Made by a program: the position numbers and the translations under genes. A DNA stretch of 32,000 bases, taken from NCBI RefSeq assembly GCF_001457595.1, contig NZ_LN831039.1:5040001-5072000 (forward strand), written 5' to 3'. Positions 29,380-32,000 of this stretch are shown piece after piece. This DNA is from Mycolicibacterium smegmatis (GTDB lineage Bacteria > Actinomycetota > Actinomycetes > Mycobacteriales > Mycobacteriaceae). The first letter of the stretch is position 1. The number at the start of each line of letters is the position of its first letter. Below the pieces are notes generated by a model. That model was not told where the DNA came from. It saw only the letters and a list, made by a program, of their open reading frames with translations, and made no database searches.

Positions 29380-29407
29380 GAGCCTCCGGGATTTCCAGGG
29401 CGTTTCA
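29380..29407. repeat. IS3-family terminal inverted repeat (orfA-proximal end)
   Basis: See the mobile-element entry. Confidence 0.9.
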
Positions 29408-29876
29408 GCTCGACCGGGGTGGTTTGGGAGCCAAGACCGAAATCGAACTCAGCGCCAAGCCGTACGAACAGCTTTTGGACAAGATGCCGAAGTTGCAAAG
29501 CGGCAGCCGCGCCGAGTGGCGACGCTCCCAAGGCATCGCAGACGATTCCGACAAACCCCCACCCGCCCTGGTGGCTGCCAACGCTGACGAGCCGGTCGAC
29601 GTCGAGATCGTCTCAGAGAGCGATCAACAAAACGACGCCCACCCGATGACACCAGAGGATGACGATTGGCAGCCAGACGAAGCCACCGGGCCGGGAATCG
29701 ACGGCTACGACGATCAACCGAACCCGTTCGGCGAGAGCGACCCACCGCCTGACGGCTTGCTTCCGCTCGATGAGGCGGTGATCCGTGCCGCTCGCATAAA
29801 TAACATGGGCACCGCTGGGCATGCGAGACTGCACCGACCGCAGCGGGCGTTGCCACGTGGTCTCTCCGGTCGGTAA
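29408..29876 (+). pseudogene. 3' part of the IS3-interrupted ORF; an acidic, Pro-rich protein ending in the conserved basic peptide
   Basis: ...AKTEIELSAKPYEQLLDKMPKLQSGSRAEWRR...DDDWQPDEATGPGIDGYDDQPNPFGESDPPPDGLLPLDEAVIRAARINNMGTAGHARLHRPQRALPRGLSGR*. GC3 is about 70%. An internal ATG (MPKLQSG...) could still give a truncated product. Confidence 0.45.
29760..29871 (+). repeat. Copy 2 of the dispersed direct repeat of about 110 nt (partner 23969-24077)
   Basis: See copy 1. Here it forms the last 30 or so codons of the 29408-29876 ORF. Confidence 0.85.
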
Positions 29877-29908
29877 CCCGGCAGGGTCAAAACCTGCCGG
29901 GAAACACC
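29877..29908 (+). other. Hairpin CCCGGCAGG-gtcaaaa-CCTGCCGGG resembling the T-arm/acceptor 3' half of the tRNA-Arg; candidate relic att site, or simply a terminator hairpin
   Basis: 29881-29901 (GCAGGGTCAAAACCTGCCGGG) versus tRNA positions 22104-22124 (GCAGGTTCGAATCCTGCCGGG) gives 18 of 21 identical, including a 7-nt loop. CACC follows in both, with a 1-nt offset. Confidence 0.4.
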
Positions 29909-30011
29909 TGATTATGCAGGTCAAACCGTTGCACCCGAAGCGCTCAACAATGATTCACGCATCCGGTGCAGATGGGAAATTGGAATTTCCCTATGGCTCA
30001 ACTGTTTTCGG

Positions 30012-30989
30012 TCATGGACCGTCTCTGCGCGGCTGCACCCCAAAGAACGCGCCCCCACCCGAACCCGGTTGATTGTCAAAGCCGGTGTAGTCAAAAGTGA
30101 TTCCGTTTGTGTCCCACCCGCCAGGGTTGCCGATGGACGGACCCCAAATCCCGCCAGGCATCATGACGTAAGGTGTTGAAACCGTGAGCCTTTCGGCGAA
30201 CTGATCGAGCATGTCGGGTTCCTGTTGCCGCGCTTTCTCGAATAGCTCCGCTTGGCGTTGGCGGTCACTGATGTAAAGCCCGGTTCGGATCGCTTGGCCG
30301 GGCTTGTCGAGCACGACAGTCATCACGTTGTCGCCCACCTTGTCTGTGAGCGCGCTCGTTTCCAGTACGGCGTCCCTGAGAATGTCCCTCACTTGGTCGG
30401 GGACTTCATCGGCGGGGCAACTGAGCGCAGTCAATCGTGCCTTCGCACGGTCGATGATCGGGTTATTCACCATACCAACAGCATCGATGTAGAACGCTTT
30501 GAATTGCTGTGTATCAGGCCGCATTTCGATGCTTGTGACCGAATCACCTTGGGCCTTAGTGCGAAACATTACCTTGGTTACCATGCCGTCTTTGCGTTGC
30601 ACACCTGACGCGAGAACGATTGTCGCACGCTTCTTTTCACTGGCTAGCAGATGTGAGTAAGCGTCTCGCAGCGCGTTCTCCACGCGGTTGCGAATCTCTC
30701 GGTAATGCAAGTCCGGTGGCGGCTGCCAGAACGTCATCATGGCGGGCGCAAGCTCGTCGTATCCGCTGATCGCTTCTGCGATGAGTCGATCAGTCGGCTT
30801 GCCGTCGAGAAACGCCAGCCCGGTATAGCCCAGCACGACCCAACAGTCGATGCCCAGAACTACAACGGTCTTGTTGCTGTGCGGATCGTATTCGCCGGTT
30901 GGATTATCTGGCGTCGGCTCGACGCTAACGAATCGGTCGCTCGCATGGAACGCCCAATTTCCCACGACTGCGGCGACGATCAGCGTCAT
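30012..30989 (-). CDS. Hypothetical 325-aa protein, translationally coupled to the integrase; the N-terminus is reminiscent of Ntn-hydrolase/proteasome-beta/HslV folds
   Basis: The ATG overlaps the integrase TGA (ATGA at 30986-30989). The N-terminus is M-TLIVAAVVGNWAFHASDRFVS...SNKTVVVLGIDCWVVLGYTG. That gives Thr directly after the initiator Met, Asp at position 17 from that Thr, and a Lys-containing strand about 39 residues in. The C-terminal tail is Gly-rich. I recognise no other motif. Confidence 0.75.
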   Translation of the reverse strand: MTLIVAAVVGNWAFHASDRFVSVEPTPDNPTGEYDPHSNKTVVVLGIDCWVVLGYTGLAFLDGKPTDRLIAEAISGYDELAPAMMTFWQPPPDLHYREIRNRVENALRDAYSHLLASEKKRATIVLASGVQRKDGMVTKVMFRTKAQGDSVTSIEMRPDTQQFKAFYIDAVGMVNNPIIDRAKARLTALSCPADEVPDQVRDILRDAVLETSALTDKVGDNVMTVVLDKPGQAIRTGLYISDRQRQAELFEKARQQEPDMLDQFAERLTVSTPYVMMPGGIWGPSIGNPGGWDTNGITFDYTGFDNQPGSGGGAFFGVQPRRDGP

Positions 30990-32000
30990 GCCGACACGCC
31001 CACGCTGGCTGCCAACGTATCGGCCCGCAACGCCGAGAGAGCGTCGGCAACGGCGATGTCACGGCCCGACACCTGTTGCTGATAGATCAGGCTGGCTTTG
31101 TGGGTGGAATGCCGCAGCCGCGCCATCGTCTCGACCAGGTTGCCGACCTGAGCCGTCATGGTGCCCGCGAAGTGACGCAGATCGTGCACCCGCATATCGT
31201 TGTGCCCAACTGCACTCAGCGCCGGTTTGAAAACGTCTTTGGCGAACACCCGATCATTGACGTGGCACCCGCCGCGCGCGGGCGTGAACAGAAGCGAATC
31301 ACCCGCTTTATCAACGTGATTGGCTAGGTGCGCTCTTATGTCATCCCGAATGTGTGGAGGGATCACCACCTTGGCGGGCTTGCCGTCTTTAGGCGTGTCG
31401 ATGATGCATTCGCCGCTTCGGTGGGTTACACCACGCGCCACCGTGACCACAGTGCAATCGGCATCGAAGTCTTTTCGGCGCAGCTCCGACACTTCCCCGT
31501 ACCGCAGGCCGCACCACGCAGAAATCAACACCAGGGCGCGGAAGCGGGCGTTTTTGGTGTCGCCACCCAACTTGTCGGCAATGGCCTCAAGCTCGGGAAT
31601 CGTTGGCACAACGGCCTGGCGCTTGGTCTTCGGGTTCATTGCCCGTTCGATCATGCAGGGGTTGCGCTCAATCAATCCGTCTCGTACGGCGGTATTGCAA
31701 ACCATGTTGAGCAAACCGTACGCGTGAGCGTTGCGCGTCGGGTGCGTCGAGCCGAGGCCGGAGAACCACGTCCGCACCAAAGCAGGACTCAGGTCACGAA
31801 CCGCGTACTTGCCGAGCTTGGGCGCGATGTAGTTCGTCAGCGACGCCTCATAACCGATTCGGGTTCGCGGTTTGAGGTTGCGTTCACTGATCACCGCTTT
31901 CGCGTATTCGGCGACGGTGACCGCCACGGCCTTATTTTCCTCGGTGATCACTTCGGGCGGTTTCCACGACGACAGTCCCTCATCGCTCGCCGCGCACCGG
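30986..32000 (-). CDS. int: Tyrosine recombinase / phage-type integrase (the 5' end may extend beyond the window)
   Basis: The catalytic signature is present: CGLRYGEVSELRR (Arg I), VHDLRHFAGT (H-x-x-R) and RLRHSTHKASLIYQQ (His ... Tyr nucleophile). The frame stays open from the GTG at 31951 to position 32000. Confidence 0.92.
   Translation of the reverse strand, partial: RCAASDEGLSSWKPPEVITEENKAVAVTVAEYAKAVISERNLKPRTRIGYEASLTNYIAPKLGKYAVRDLSPALVRTWFSGLGSTHPTRNAHAYGLLNMVCNTAVRDGLIERNPCMIERAMNPKTKRQAVVPTIPELEAIADKLGGDTKNARFRALVLISAWCGLRYGEVSELRRKDFDADCTVVTVARGVTHRSGECIIDTPKDGKPAKVVIPPHIRDDIRAHLANHVDKAGDSLLFTPARGGCHVNDRVFAKDVFKPALSAVGHNDMRVHDLRHFAGTMTAQVGNLVETMARLRHSTHKASLIYQQQVSGRDIAVADALSALRADTLAASVGVSA

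Larger units (their letters stand above)
28061..29407 (-). mobile_element. IS3-family insertion sequence, 1347 bp, TG...CA termini
   Basis: The terminal inverted repeats are TGAAACGCCCTGGGTTTCCCGGAGGCTC (28061-28088) and the reverse complement of 29380-29407, TGAAACGCCCTGGAAATCCCGGAGGCTC, matching at 25 of 28. The orfA/orfB pair is in 0/-1 frames. Confidence 0.9.

Noticed and set aside
29449-29924. Minus-strand ORFs 29449-29856 and 29613-29924, opposite the acidic ORF.
   Set aside because: The products are Arg-rich or composition-poor. The plus-strand frame has high GC3 and carries the peptide conserved under third-position-only divergence.

Overview
This is a high-GC actinobacterial chromosome. 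AtpE and the gene order match my memory of Mycolicibacterium smegmatis, but I ran no search. Positions 1-22,131 are an ordinary housekeeping block, almost all on the minus strand: atpD (5' end only), atpG, atpA, atpH (b/delta fusion), atpF, atpE, atpB, an atpI-like gene, wecA, a Sua5/YrdC-family gene, prmC, prfA, rpmE, an acyl-CoA synthetase with a divergent TetR regulator, rho, thrB, thrC, hom, lysA and argS. A plus-strand tRNA-Arg(CCG) follows at 22,056-22,131. The long plus-strand ORFs opposite these genes are high-GC shadow ORFs. From 22,132 to the window end lies a mosaic genomic island anchored on the tRNA. It holds two visibly AT-richer single-gene cassettes in convergent orientation. 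One encodes a DUF262/DUF1524 (GmrSD-like) nuclease. The other encodes a SIR2_2-domain protein with an unassignable C-terminal domain. Beyond them are a TauE-like membrane gene remnant, two tiny very basic ORFs, an IS1380-family element and an IS3-family element with clear 28-bp inverted repeats. The IS3 element interrupts an ORF in frame. The island ends with a tyrosine integrase whose stop codon overlaps (ATGA) the start of an unannotatable 325-aa protein; that protein has an Ntn-hydrolase/proteasome-like N-terminus. Two structural signals tie the island together. First, an 86-nt segment occurs twice (about 23,986 and 29,775), and 15 of its 16 differences fall on third codon positions. Second, a hairpin at 29,877-29,901 matches the T-arm and acceptor 3' half of the tRNA-Arg at 18 of 21 positions. 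I read this as tandem accretion of tRNA-targeting integrative elements, each carrying a defence-type cargo gene just inside its att site. The best candidates for an undescribed system are the SIR2 protein, the GmrSD-like protein and the integrase-coupled Ntn-like protein. All functional calls rest on motif recognition by eye. No database search was run.
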